This document shows positions 52,989 to 64,000 of a stretch of DNA of 64,000 nucleotides, in pieces. This stretch comes from Psilocybe cubensis (taxonomy: Eukaryota): positions 2,418,001-2,482,000 of the forward strand of contig CM039004.1 in assembly GCA_017499595.2 (NCBI GenBank), read 5' to 3'. The notes beneath the pieces were generated by a model. That model saw only the letters and a program-made list of their open reading frames with translations, had not been told where the DNA came from and searched no databases. The position numbers and the translations under genes are program-made. The first letter of the stretch is position 1. Every line of letters starts with the position of its first letter.

Positions 52989-54271
52989 ATGGATCACCCA
53001 CCAGCCACAATCTTCTCAACTGAAAACGTGAGGACTTCATACTTTTTGTTAATGTTTGACATTGAGCTGTCTCAGACACTTGGACTGAGATTCCTGAAGG
53101 TTTACGATACACACAGCCGCCAAATAAACGATTTGAAATTCCAGTCCTGTGGAGGCCTATTTGCGACAGCCGGTAAGCATTTTGTTCGATGGCTTCGTTG
53201 ATCTGATACAATTACTGCTGCCAATCCAGACAGAGATGGCAAAATATTCATCTTTAATGCCTTTGATACCAATCTTTCAAACCCCGTTACAACAGCGACG
53301 TTGAGTGAGGAGTTTGGTGGTGTTACATCGCTGCTTTGGATAGACAACGGTCTCATTGCAGTGGGATCCACAAGAGGTAAAATAAAGGTACTGGCCTTGA
53401 GCGAAAACTTGGTACTTGACATCTTCTTTGTCATATCAGACGCTCCGGCGAGCTTACTCTCTTGTCCAGAAACGGCTCACAGAAGTCTGCAGCACCCAAA
53501 TGGATACCAACGAGGACATCTCATTGCATCCCATCACTACAATGGACTACAGTCACCACACCCATCAACTCACATGCTTCAATGGAGTTCTCGTCAGGAC
53601 GTGGCATTTGACCAATCCTGGCTTGTCCGGTTTCTTTTCAAGTGCAAAGAAACTTATCCCATCCTTAACTCAAGGCCAAATAAATCTTTACAAGACGAAT
53701 GTTTGGGGTTTTCTGAGATTTTCTGCCCTGGACGGGGGTAAATATATTGTGTGTCCTTACGACGCCCGATTGAAGGTAGGTATCTATCGTACCATCGACT
53801 GTGTCACAGTTGGGATTCTTTCAGTTCCAGGTTTGTTGAGGACCGCTCCATTTGGTATCTTTCTCACTCTTAGCACTATTAGGACACCATCAGGGTGTTG
53901 TGAAGGGCGTACACGTGCGTAATCGTCGTCATAATCTCCTCCAAAAACGACATTAACACCGAATTTAGTCGGTAACAGATGGTTTAGGCGACGATTACAT
54001 TGCTTGCGTGTTTCAAACTAAAGGAGGGTTTGCTAAAATATGTGTTTGGACGGTAAGATTAGTGGATAACTTAATGAGCTGTGTTGACGATGTGACTTAG
54101 AATGCACCCAGAAAGGACACGCTCAGACGAAAATACCAGCGACACTGTAGCAGACTATGCTCAGGGGAATTCGTGTTGAATTTGATTATCATTTTCTTCA
54201 CAATCTTCTTGATATTACATGGTCCTTTGGATCATCAGGGTGGAGTTCTCTCAACTATCGACTCGGATTAA
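52989..54271 (+). CDS. WD40-repeat protein with C-terminal TM helix, apparently internally deleted
   Basis: HSRQINDLKFQSCGGLFATA-DRDGKIFIF, GVTSLLW..LIAVGSTRGKIKV, KICVWT-intron-...EFVLNLIIIFFTIFLIL. 3' end uncertain (a further hydrophobic ORF runs to 54730). Confidence 0.55.
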
Positions 54272-55099
54272 CTGACAGCAATAAGTGGTTTGGGCAGACC
54301 ACCAAACAACCGTGATAGTGTATAAACCATTGCAGTGCATTGACAATCCTCGTTCATAATTCGCATACCTCGCAAGGCCTTCGGTGTTGTTTTTATACGC
54401 AATGAGATTGTCGATGTCCACCAACCCCTGCTCCAGCCACATTTTTCATACCGATATTATCCGTCAATGGTAACCACTCTGTCTATAGACAATACCTCTT
54501 AATTGAAAAATATCCTTCTTGACTATGCCTCTTGGATTATCCATTTCCAATACATTGTCCATAGTTGTATGATCCATCCACTTGTGTACTCGTCCATCTT
54601 GCTTGCCGTATTTACGATCCTCTACAGTGCATTCATCTGCAATAGCATGAGGTTTTCTATCATTTTTATGGCCTATGGTGGTTCCTCCATACATAGTGCA
54701 GTTGTCATTCCATTATCATTCATCCGCTGACGGGTACACGATTCCTTCGTCACTGTCGCCCAGGGAAGCCATCTACCGTACATACGCTTTGGCAATGTCT
54801 GGTGAACATCGGTCAAGGGAGTGGCTGTGTTGCCGAGCGCGGCACCACAGCACCGTGGGGCCGCTTAATCTGTTTTATTTCGACTCCATCGTACACAACC
54901 ACCTGCCTCGCCACTGGACCGTTTTCTAGGTAAGTAAGATTAACAATCATTTTTCTTCAATTTTTTTTTTACATTTCGTAGTCTCGAAGGGCCCATAGGC
55001 CACTCTTAAGTCTCCCCGCCGCCTCTCGCTCAACTGGTGTAACAGGCCGCCACCCATCTCCCTCGTTGACGCTGCAGTCGCCCTCATTTGACGACCCAG

Positions 55100-55760
55100 C
55101 CCCAGACCGCCCCCTGGCCAGTACACGCCGTTTCCACCGTGTCACCAGCGCCACCACCCTGTCCAACCATGACGACTTACAATCCGTGCGTTGTCTCCAC
55201 CACCCCGCCACCCTGGCAACGACGTCAGCACCGGCGCCACCCTCACCACCACCACCACCACCACAACACGCAGTTGCGTGTCCACACTCTCCGACCACGC
55301 CGACGCACAGCCTGTGCGTCGTCTCCATCTCTCCGTCTTCCTGGAACGACACGCAGCGGTCTGCGTGTCGTACCTTCCACCCCGTTACCGCCGGCGCCAC
55401 CCTCTACCACACAACGACACGCAGCGCAGCCACCCCACCGCCGGCGCCACCCTCTACGACCATAACGACACGTCGTGCTGCCACCCAACCCCCGCCCACA
55501 CTCTCCAACCACGACGACACGCAGTTGCGCTGCGTGTCGTTGCAGCCACCCCACCGCCGGCACCACCCTCGCGTTTTTGCGTGTCGTTGATCCCACCCGA
55601 ACCCCGCTCTCTTGCCCCACTGCCGACACTCCCCCAACCACGACGACGCACACCGCTGTGCGTCTCATGCTTCACACCTGCCACCGACACGCAGCGGTCC
55701 TGTTGCCGCTGCTCCCCGCGATTTCGGCCCACAGCGACACGCATGTGCTCGCAAAGCTGC
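55100..55760. repeat. GC-rich degenerate tandem array of short hairpins
   Basis: Recurrent ccggcgccaccctc and acgacacgcag..ctgcgtgtcgt / gacgcaca..tgtgcgtc units. Confidence 0.8.
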
Positions 55761-56707
55761 AGGGTGTGCTGGGTATTGGTGGTATGAGCGGGATCGGCGC
55801 TGCGGTGATATGTGCTGCTGTTACCTTCTGTGGAGGCGTAGCGGCGGGACGAGTAGCCAGTACATGCTGCTCGTCCGGTGGGGTGGAAATGACTTGCGCG
55901 TTGTGCACGGTAGGAAGCGGGAGGTCAAGAGGAAATGAGTCGCGGCAGACAACCGCTGTCTATCCTGCGTATGTGATGGGTTGGGGAGTGTGTGTAGGAC
56001 GGAGGAGGGGGCGGACGCAAACGCGAGCAAGACAAGACGAGCAAGGACATTGGCGCTCGTTGTCGGTTGGACGGCGGGGCGCAGAGGCAAGAGAACTTCA
56101 CAGATGAGTGGACGGGGATGAGTTGAGATGCAGGCAACGTCACCGTTTCTCGCCTCTGCATCTGCATCTGAACGCAAAGCAGCATTTCAATGTTGACAGT
56201 GGTAGCATTGACAGTGGGATGAGCCCCTCTCTTCACGGTTTGTGACGACAGCGGCAACGAGGGATGGCTAGCACCAATGAGGAGAGGGGCAGCAATGATG
56301 AGCAGAGGTGGCGTGGGGTGCAACAATGGGTGGCCACAACGAGAGGTGGTGGTGAGCAGGGCGAGCGAGGAAGGCTTGCTGTTGGTTGGGACCTGCGCTA
56401 TATATAATTTACTACGACACTTGATATTATTCCCGTAAAATGACCCCAATCTATTCATATGCACATGAAATATGTCTGAGAAACTTTCAAGTGAGCCTGA
56501 AAATATAGCAATTGAGACTCAAAAGACACTGTTAATAACCTGATATCGCATCGTGCCTTTCCGTGATTGGAAAGCATACACACATGAATGTACATACTTA
56601 TACTAAACGGATACATATCGCCCAGCCATCAAAGTTCTGCTATTCGCTTGCCAAACAGTTTTCTTTCCCTTTTTCTAGAGAAAAAAACGTGTCATGTGTA
56701 TATATTC

Positions 56708-58519
56708 TCAGAGGTCGCTGTTCAGGTTGAAGTTGACTGTGTCGAGGTCGCTGTTCAGGTTGAAGTTGACTGTGTCGATAGGGTCGATAGGGTCGATAGG
56801 AGCTTGCCAAGCCAGTAATGACGGGAGACAAAGATAGAAAATTGCACCTCCTAATGCGATCAAAATAAACACAACGGACACGATTGTGATGAAGATTAGC
56901 TTCCAGGGCGATATGGGTGATGTATCTGTTCTTGATTTGACAACAGTGTTGCGAGGTTTCTTGTCCTTGGCTTTGTTCTAATCACCTTTTTGTCAGCGTC
57001 TCCTCATGATTGGCGCGGACTGAGTAGCGTCTTACCCTCCAGACATATATCTTGGATGGCTGATCTCCCGAAATAGATGTGGATACAACCACATCCCCCT
57101 GGGCGGTATGGGACTTTGACTGACTTCATCAGAAAGGGAAGATATCTATCCAACAAACTGCTTACATGCACAGCCTGAATATCTTGTTTGCCTGTAGGAG
57201 GCAGAGATTTGGTGAGGCCAGGTCAGATGTGAGAAATAGGACAGGTAACATGTCAACAATACCCTGATGTAACCTTCCAACCAGGGATCCGCCCTGCGCC
57301 TTGTGCAGCTGGATATTTCCGTCTGCCGATGGTATGACAAGATATTTACCGCCTTGCAGGAAAGAGATTGCTTGATGACAGTCGGGAACGATTTTAAGTC
57401 TGACGGTGTCGATTCTGTTGAACTGGGTGTCGAAGAGATCAACCCCGTCACGTAGGTTGAAAATCGCCAGGCGGTTCAAGTTTTTTAGAAATATCGCAAA
57501 CCCACTTGGTATCACGCCAAATTTCAGTTAGCCCATACGAACAGACAAATATGGTCGATGGACCTACATGTGGCGGTTATCAGGGGCGCCTTCCTCGTGT
57601 CCGAGGACAACTTCCTGAATTTTGGTCAACGTTGGCGCATCGGTGTTATCGAGAGCGTAACATTGTCTGGAGTTTATTCAGTGTGTTAACAGGGCCCATA
57701 TCAGCGATTCTGAACTTACACAGTAGCATTTTCCAAAAATCCGGCTAAAAGGTGCGACCCCCGACGAAATGAATGAGACAAACCTAGGCTGACAGTAGCT
57801 TGTTGGACTGTTTGCTAAAATGATTGGGGTCAAGTTCCCTAAATACACGTCATTCACTGCCGTCTATGAGCATCACTGTCCGTAACCACTGGTGGAAACA
57901 CCCCACATCGAGATACTCTTGTGCCCCTGACCGAGAGAAACCAATCGCCTGGTATCTGGGCAGTAGTCCATAGAATAAACCGGGACCTGCGCAGCCCCAT
58001 CTCCATGAGCTATGACCTTACACACTTCAATGAGCTAAAGTGAGACAGAAGCAGTAAGGAGACAGGTGGGGGGAATAGGACTAGATAAAAAAACATGCCC
58101 TATTGTTCTGAAGCGAAAAGATGACAATGGCCCCCCTCGACATTCCGACCGCCAGTAGTTCTGAACCGAGCCAGAGTAAAGGCAGACGCCGCGCCATATT
58201 TCAAGTCAAAAATTATGTACTGTAGTGCTTGGAGGGTGTCGGAGAGGTAATCATAAAGGACGAGAGTTCCCAGGTCATCTGTGAACAGACAGACCGTTAG
58301 TAAATGCACTGGATGCAGAGTCATCTTACTGGAGACAACAAACAAGCCCCCATTTCCCGGCTGGATCATCAGCAGATTTAAGCCGTGATACCGGGTCTGG
58401 TAGACGCGGTGGAGGGCCAAGTTTAGCTCCTACAAATCATATATGGGTGGAAACTAAACTTTGTGAAAAACGATACGCACATTCTTTCTTCCGAAGCCAA
58501 TGGATATAAACTGTCCCAT
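56708..58519 (-). pseudogene. WD40-repeat + C-terminal TM protein, paralog of 52989-54271, frameshifted
   Basis: MGQFISIGFGRKN-ELNLALHRVYQT...; the homologous LLWLGSELLAVGMSRGAIVIF lies in a shifted frame at about 58178-58180; LAIFNLRDGVDLFD, ISFLQGGKYLV, KIYVWR-intron-...LIFITIVSVVFILIALGGAIFYL. Confidence 0.6.
56711..56800. repeat. 33-bp x2 and 9-bp x3 in-frame tandem duplications
   Basis: gaggtcgctgttcaggttgaagttgactgtgtc twice, then gtcgatagg three times; encodes PIDPIDPIDTVNFNLNSDLDTVNFNLNSDL on the minus strand. Confidence 0.9.
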
Positions 58520-58685
58520 GCTAGGCTTAGATAGATTAGGGTGTTATGTACGTGGGGAGGGTTGGATGGAGGATATTTGACGCAAGTTTGGAGCGAGCTT
58601 CTTATACTGCTCTATCACAATTGTAATATTACCCTTGTTGTCAGTTCCCTATTCATTTGTCCCGGCGTAAAATGCACTCAGTCAC

Positions 58686-59471
58686 TCAATTCGGAAAGCT
58701 TGAGCTCCACATCAAACCATCAAAGATACGGAAATTTTCGCGCAAGGTGTTCTTAATTGTTATTGCTACAGTTGCTTTGGCGTCAGGGTCCGAGAAGAGT
58801 GCAGGTACGAGTCGCTTTTCACCAAATACGCCTGTCCAAACAATGGGGGCGCCTGTAACCCCAAACGTCACAAGAGTCTAACAATAGAAGAAATTATCAG
58901 ACAAATTGTTACGTTAGTCGGCAACTACATTTTTTTCGCTTACACAGGTAAGTGGGAGCTTTACAATCAACTGTTCGAGTTTATCGCCTTGCCCAGTCTC
59001 TGCCAAAGTCTTGTAGTCAGGGTAGCTTTTAAAATAAGGGAATCAAGGAACCATTGTACCTTCTCGAGTTCGCTAGCGGGATCCTATCAATGTCAGAGCT
59101 GTGTCCGCTATTGCACACCGCCGTTTGAATACAAGGCCATAAAGGATCAAATTATGCCTTTTCAGTTCTACGTTACGAGTACTCTGCTCACGGCCAGGTG
59201 ATGGACCGTTTGACTTTTGCGGATTCACGGAAGATCTAGCCGCAAAGAGGAAGGATGCAGAGACAAGAGTGAATGTGTCGACTTGGTGGGAGAGCACGGC
59301 GGCAATGTCATTATTTTGAACAACGGCATCATGGATTCTAGTGGATTTGTACGGAGAAGGCATGCATATCGACACCCCAAGTTGTGTCCGTACCGTTTGG
59401 AATGGCGTCGGAGTCGGGGAAGGCCAGGGAAACTTTTCATCATCCATACATCTAAGATTTTCAGCAGTCAT
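58686..59471 (-). pseudogene. Uncharacterised gene with in-frame stops
   Basis: ORF 59073-59471 continues in frame through TAG and TGA (IGSR*RTREGTMVP*FPYFKSYPDY...) to a GTAAGC donor and a further exon. Confidence 0.3.
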
Positions 59472-59543
59472 GATTATTTTATTGTCTATCCAAATGGTGT
59501 TTTAAGTCGTCCATCTTCGCATAACCCCATCACCCTTGGATAG

Positions 59544-60303
59544 TCACTCTAAGATAATCATTGGTTCCCAGCAACAATCCAGCAAACAGACGTCAATGCA
59601 TCCATTTCTAGGCTCTAAAATAGCCTTGTGACTATTTGGGTGTACGACCTGCCCCATTTTTGGTGGGTACTCTCGTCCAGGTCGGTGGAGGACTTACCTG
59701 GATTGAATCCGAGCCCAGTGTGACCTTCAAATCGTCTATCATAACCCCAATGTTATTGTTGTATTCCACCATCACTTCAGCGAGATATTCCGTAGAGTAA
59801 TCGCGCAGATTCTTGTAGACTCTAACTTTAACAAAAGCCTGTGGGATCCGTTGGATGTTACTGTCATCGTCGACGTCCATGTCAAATAATGGGGAATCTT
59901 GAGCCTCGTTGCTGTCATCCTCCTGAAGGAAAGTGCATCGGAGATATCTATAACACAGAGTGAGATGGACAGTAACTTACCAGTAGCAACAGGTGTTTCA
60001 AGATGCTGTTGATATAGTCTTGTTTGATATGGGCAGGTCGATGGATTCCACCGCTCTTCGCAACTTGAAGTTTGAACGTCTCGCATATGCGCTTAAGCAC
60101 GGTCACTTTTGAGCCTTCAAGAGATTTCAAACCAGTGAAGGCCCCGCCAAGTTCATCCGAAACCGCCTATTTAAAATTATTGGTAAGATTAGTATACAAT
60201 GTAACACGGTAATGGTGGTTTCCTTTCTGAAAACTTCTTCTTCATTCTTGGACCGCTTCATGGCATTTGTAGTTTGCAAGGCTTCCTGGATTTTACGTTT
60301 CAT
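59544..60303 (-). CDS. Small protein with SAP-like motif, multi-exon
   Basis: MKRKIQE.. then LEGSKVTVLKRICETFKLQVAKSGG...IKQDYINSIL, resembling the SAP helix-loop-helix pattern; GTAAGT donors. 3' end approximate. Confidence 0.45.
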
Positions 60304-61777
60304 TCTGTGAGTTCTTGATCCAGAGTTACGATATGCAGATGGCAGCCAGGAGTTAAAAGACAGATCATAACTATGTCACGAGATTAGATTACTTATCATT
60401 ACTCGTCACCGAATGCTCGTTGGCTCGCCGTGGGGGCATGCCCAAGGCGTGCCTGAACCGTTCATATGGGTAGGTATCCCAAACGGGAAGTTGACAGAAA
60501 AATGTAGAGAAATTGTACAATTTTCATCGGAAAATAACACGATGACCTTGAGAGGGAAACTTTGGAATCTACGCATCACTGGGAAGGAAATTTCGTAGAA
60601 TACCGATTCCAATCCACTGAAAATTCGCGCTGGCGCGCGGTTCTCCTTGAACATGTAGCTTCCATGTTCAACAATGGATTGTATCTTATATTCCGGGGAA
60701 TTGGGTAAACAAACCCTGAATTAACCATGAAACGGCCACAGCGAGTAGATCCGTGGCCTGTAGGATGCGCGGGAATGTGGCTGTGCCGGCAATTCGGCTG
60801 GAGGAATTTATCCGCTTTTACAGTTTGCTTCTCTGCCGAGTCCGTTTGTGAGGCCGTCGTTCATTGGTTTCCCTCACGCCAACGAGGGCCACAGGCGCGA
60901 ATTTTTGGGCGTTTTAATGCAGCGGGCTGCTGAAAAAAATTAATATTGCTAATAAACCACAAAGTCTCCTTTTTATAGCGTTGGCGTACGAATGTAGCTT
61001 GACGAAAGGAAAATGTTCCATAAAACTTGCTTGACGGTGATGAACAAATGACGGATGGTGAGAGGGTCACATTAATATACTAGGATGCTGGGCCTCCACA
61101 GCCCGACCTAACCTAATTGAGTTGTGTGGGAACCATCATGCAGAATAATATTAATAGTGCATCAGTCCATTGGCTCAACTCATCATACACATGGCCTAAT
61201 TGGGTGAGCTGAGAACTTTTGAGCCGCCAGGACAATTGATCCCACCTCTTGCACCCTCATCTTGCACCCTTGGTGAACTTTCTCCATGTAGTTCTCTGCA
61301 CTTACTCATACGCCTCAGAAATTGCTCGCACTAGAATTGCCGTATTGGCTTTTTGTATGAATGGCACAGGTAGTTCCACCTAGATACGGATACGTGCCAT
61401 ATCATCCAGAAGCCCTTTAAATGTTCCTCGACTAATTATCCATGCCAGCGTCCCATAAGCCACATATTTAGGTTTCTAAAACAAACTAGGAATAACACAG
61501 AAGAACTGTCTCGGCGCTTTTTGAGATGTCCGTCATTTGTATAGGCCGAGTCTGCCATAATTATAGCTTGACTATAACCTAATTTTTTTTTTTCGTCGAA
61601 ACGACCTCCCTTCGTCTTTGTTTCGTACTGTTGCAGCGCCTTTCACCCGTCATTCAAGCCGACCAAATCGTTTCTCCTTCCAACATTTTCTAAACCATTT
61701 GAATCTTTGAACCATAGTGAGTCCCTGCCTTTTTTGACACCCTGGATCTGAACGCTCCTAATCAAAGACACAGGACG

Positions 61778-63463
61778 ATGCCTATTGCGACGGACTTTCC
61801 TAGCATCCAAAAAACGAAGGACGACGTTGATTACATCGACGCCGTAGTCAAGCAGATAGAACACAGAATTAAGCAGCTTGTGGCTGAACGAATCTACCTT
61901 AATCGAAAACGCAATAGCTACTCGCCCGCCGTCAAACTGCCTCCCGAGCTACTGTCGCTCATCTTTCAGTTTGCTTGCCTACCCGATGAAGGACACCAAC
62001 TTGAATATCACACGCCAACCATGTACCATTACGGAGAAATAAACCAGGGCCTATGTATTGGGAAAGGTGCTTTGACCCCATTCTTTCTTGGCACCATCTG
62101 CAGTGCGTGGCGACAAGTCGCACAGGACACCTCACAGCTCTGGTGTGCCGTCATTGTGTATATGAATCAGCGGCATGCAGATTCACAAGCTGCCCTGCTC
62201 AAATCATGGCTCAAGCGCTCTGGACAACGTCCCATCTCCGTGAAGCTTGTAGAGGGAGACAAGGCGAATAATCGAGACGCTGACTGGCCCACAGACGTCA
62301 CGGATATAGAAGGGGATGCCAACCACGAAAGAGCCGACCGGTGGCCCGCCGATTTCGTCGATGTCTCGTCAGCTGTAATCAACGTACTCGCCTCCCACTC
62401 AAAACAATGGCACACAATTGATATATTCGTCCCTCACTCATGGAAGTTAGAACTTGCAAAAGTGCGCCATAATATCCCTCTGTTAACGAGCTTGACGCTG
62501 CGCGTGGCAGACACCTGCCCTTCACTTGCATACATCGACGTATTCGCCTACGCCCCCCAGCTACACTCGGTCCACCTGGTAGGGTACTCAGTCACAGATA
62601 TCTGTCTTCCTTGGAAGCAATTGTGCCATCTTGAGGGGGAATACTTCAGTTCATGGGATTGCCTCAAAGCCATGCATCTTGGGGTACGACTTAGGAAGTG
62701 CCAGTTCGAACAGCTCTGTCACGGATTGGAGTTTACCACCTTCAATAGCCGGCCTATCAAGCACGAGTATCTTACTTCGTTCGAATTGTTGATGAAGACT
62801 ACGCACGAGCTCGATACCTTTCTCAGCTCGCTGATGTTACCTAATCTGAAAGAACTCGTGGTGTCGCTATCCGATGAAGAGTCTCTGTTGTGGCCCATAA
62901 TCCCGCTGATGCGTCGTTCAGATTTCAAACTACAGCTTCTTCATCTCCTTGGCACAACACCGGATGAAGAACAATTGATCGGGTTTTTAAAGGTGCAGCC
63001 GTGGATTAAGTCTTTGATACTCCTCAACCCACTGGTTACCACAGGTGGAACTCTGGGCTATAGCTTTATTGAAGCGATGACGCCCATGAAGGCCAGAAAG
63101 GAATATGACCAGCCAATAGCCTATCTCCTTCCAATGCTTGAGCATTTTGAGTATCAAGGCGCCACATCGTTCACTCCACACAGCCTTGTTCGTCTTCTTT
63201 CCAAACGGTGGCAAACAGGTGCGCAAATTTTGGGTGAGGCCCCAGTTACACATCGTCAGCCACTCCCCTACCCAATCCCTGCAGTTAAGGTCCTTCAAAT
63301 GCAAAAAGTCGAACCAGCTCTTCTCCGCTCAGTGACCATCACCATTTCCAGGGCATGGAATTTAACATTGTCTGACACACAGATAGTTCAACGTCTTGAG
63401 GAAGAGGGCATGCATATCCAACTTCTCGAATTCCCCTCTCGCAACCGTAGGAGGCGTATTTAG
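61778..63463 (+). CDS. Intronless F-box domain protein with LRR-like C-terminal region
   Basis: 561-aa ORF: N-terminal coiled coil, SPAVKLPPELLSLIF, PFFLGTICSAWRQVA...LW, WLKRSG..P, and LPWKQLCHL / LPNLKEL repeats. Confidence 0.88.
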   Translation: MPIATDFPSIQKTKDDVDYIDAVVKQIEHRIKQLVAERIYLNRKRNSYSPAVKLPPELLSLIFQFACLPDEGHQLEYHTPTMYHYGEINQGLCIGKGALTPFFLGTICSAWRQVAQDTSQLWCAVIVYMNQRHADSQAALLKSWLKRSGQRPISVKLVEGDKANNRDADWPTDVTDIEGDANHERADRWPADFVDVSSAVINVLASHSKQWHTIDIFVPHSWKLELAKVRHNIPLLTSLTLRVADTCPSLAYIDVFAYAPQLHSVHLVGYSVTDICLPWKQLCHLEGEYFSSWDCLKAMHLGVRLRKCQFEQLCHGLEFTTFNSRPIKHEYLTSFELLMKTTHELDTFLSSLMLPNLKELVVSLSDEESLLWPIIPLMRRSDFKLQLLHLLGTTPDEEQLIGFLKVQPWIKSLILLNPLVTTGGTLGYSFIEAMTPMKARKEYDQPIAYLLPMLEHFEYQGATSFTPHSLVRLLSKRWQTGAQILGEAPVTHRQPLPYPIPAVKVLQMQKVEPALLRSVTITISRAWNLTLSDTQIVQRLEEEGMHIQLLEFPSRNRRRRI

Positions 63464-64000
63464 ATAGCCATCCCTGCTGACATTTCATTACCAATCACCC
63501 CCAATTTGTTACAAAAAATTTGTCTAGTGTGCAATATAACTATGGCTTTTACTTTCAACAGACCAAAGTCACTTATTTAAGTATGTGAAAGGTCAAGGTT
63601 AAACGCTACAGGATTCCATTTCTACGTAGCGTGCAGAGGACCACCAGACACGAATCTGCTTTAAAACGAGTAAGGACGAGTTGAAGATGTGCAAAGATAC
63701 CGCCACCCACGTTTAGGTATACGGTTTGTGGTTTGTCTAGGAGGGACTACGTTGTAGGAGGATGCTGGCGGGCGAAGGTATACCTCTTGAGATCTTTTGA
63801 CGATGACCCTTATCTCAAACATGCCCAGAACCTGCCATAGACAGTTTATGGAACGGTGAATATGTTCAAAAGCATAACTTAGGAGTCAGGGTCGGGTCAT
63901 TACTTGAATCCTGCGAGCCTAATGCCCATTTCCATCCCGGGAATCCCTTTCTTATCGCACCTGATTGAGATTTAATCATCAACGCAACATCTTCTCAACC

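Larger units (their letters stand above)
47550..64000. mobile_element. Candidate left portion of a large CACTA/CMC-like cargo-carrying DNA transposon (right end not seen)
   Basis: CACTACGCGCAGC at 47550 coincides with an abrupt switch to an AT-rich tract of about 370 bp, then a GTAC array. The downstream block holds only accessory or pseudogenised genes. No transposase or second TIR in the window. Confidence 0.3.

Noticed and set aside
55266-55664. CRISPR-like array
   Set aside because: Repeats are degenerate, spacers are themselves repetitive and irregular, the context is eukaryotic, and no cas genes are present.
54977-56417. TCGTAGT/ACTACGA as TIRs of the GC-rich block
   Set aside because: Only 7 bp and no TSD; compatible with chance.
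54969-56464. Many overlapping 100-210 aa ORFs on both strands
   Set aside because: Expected from GC-rich repetitive DNA with few stop codons; no domain motifs.

Overview
Intron-rich fungal DNA. The short GT-AG introns, DUF6533/DUF6593-type genes and intronless F-box gene point to an Agaricomycete (mushroom-forming basidiomycete); the species cannot be determined from sequence alone. 1-36 kb is mostly ordinary host genes: a She10-like 3' fragment, HP1/Swi6, RBM8A/Y14, a MYND-finger gene, RRP4, an Apc13-like gene, an S53 sedolisin, three tandem DUF6593-like paralogs, a DOA10/MARCH6 E3 ligase and a divergent H4-H3 pair. A DUF6533 membrane gene follows, with an intact, apparently very young Ty3/Gypsy retrotransposon (39584-46010) inserted just downstream. 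That element has identical-looking 173-bp LTRs and a GTCGG target-site duplication (TSD). It also shows a Tf1-type self-priming primer-binding site (PBS), an AUG-free leader holding a 176-codon Met-less coiled-coil ORF, a -1 frameshift signal and a degenerate chromodomain. From 47550 the sequence changes abruptly at a CACTAC motif into an accessory block: paired convergent WD40-transmembrane paralogs, a SAP-like gene, a small uncharacterised gene, an F-box gene, pseudogenes and a GC-rich hairpin array. This block may be the left part of a large cargo-carrying CACTA/CMC-type DNA transposon; its right end and transposase are not visible. Exon structures and domain calls were read by eye and were not database-checked.
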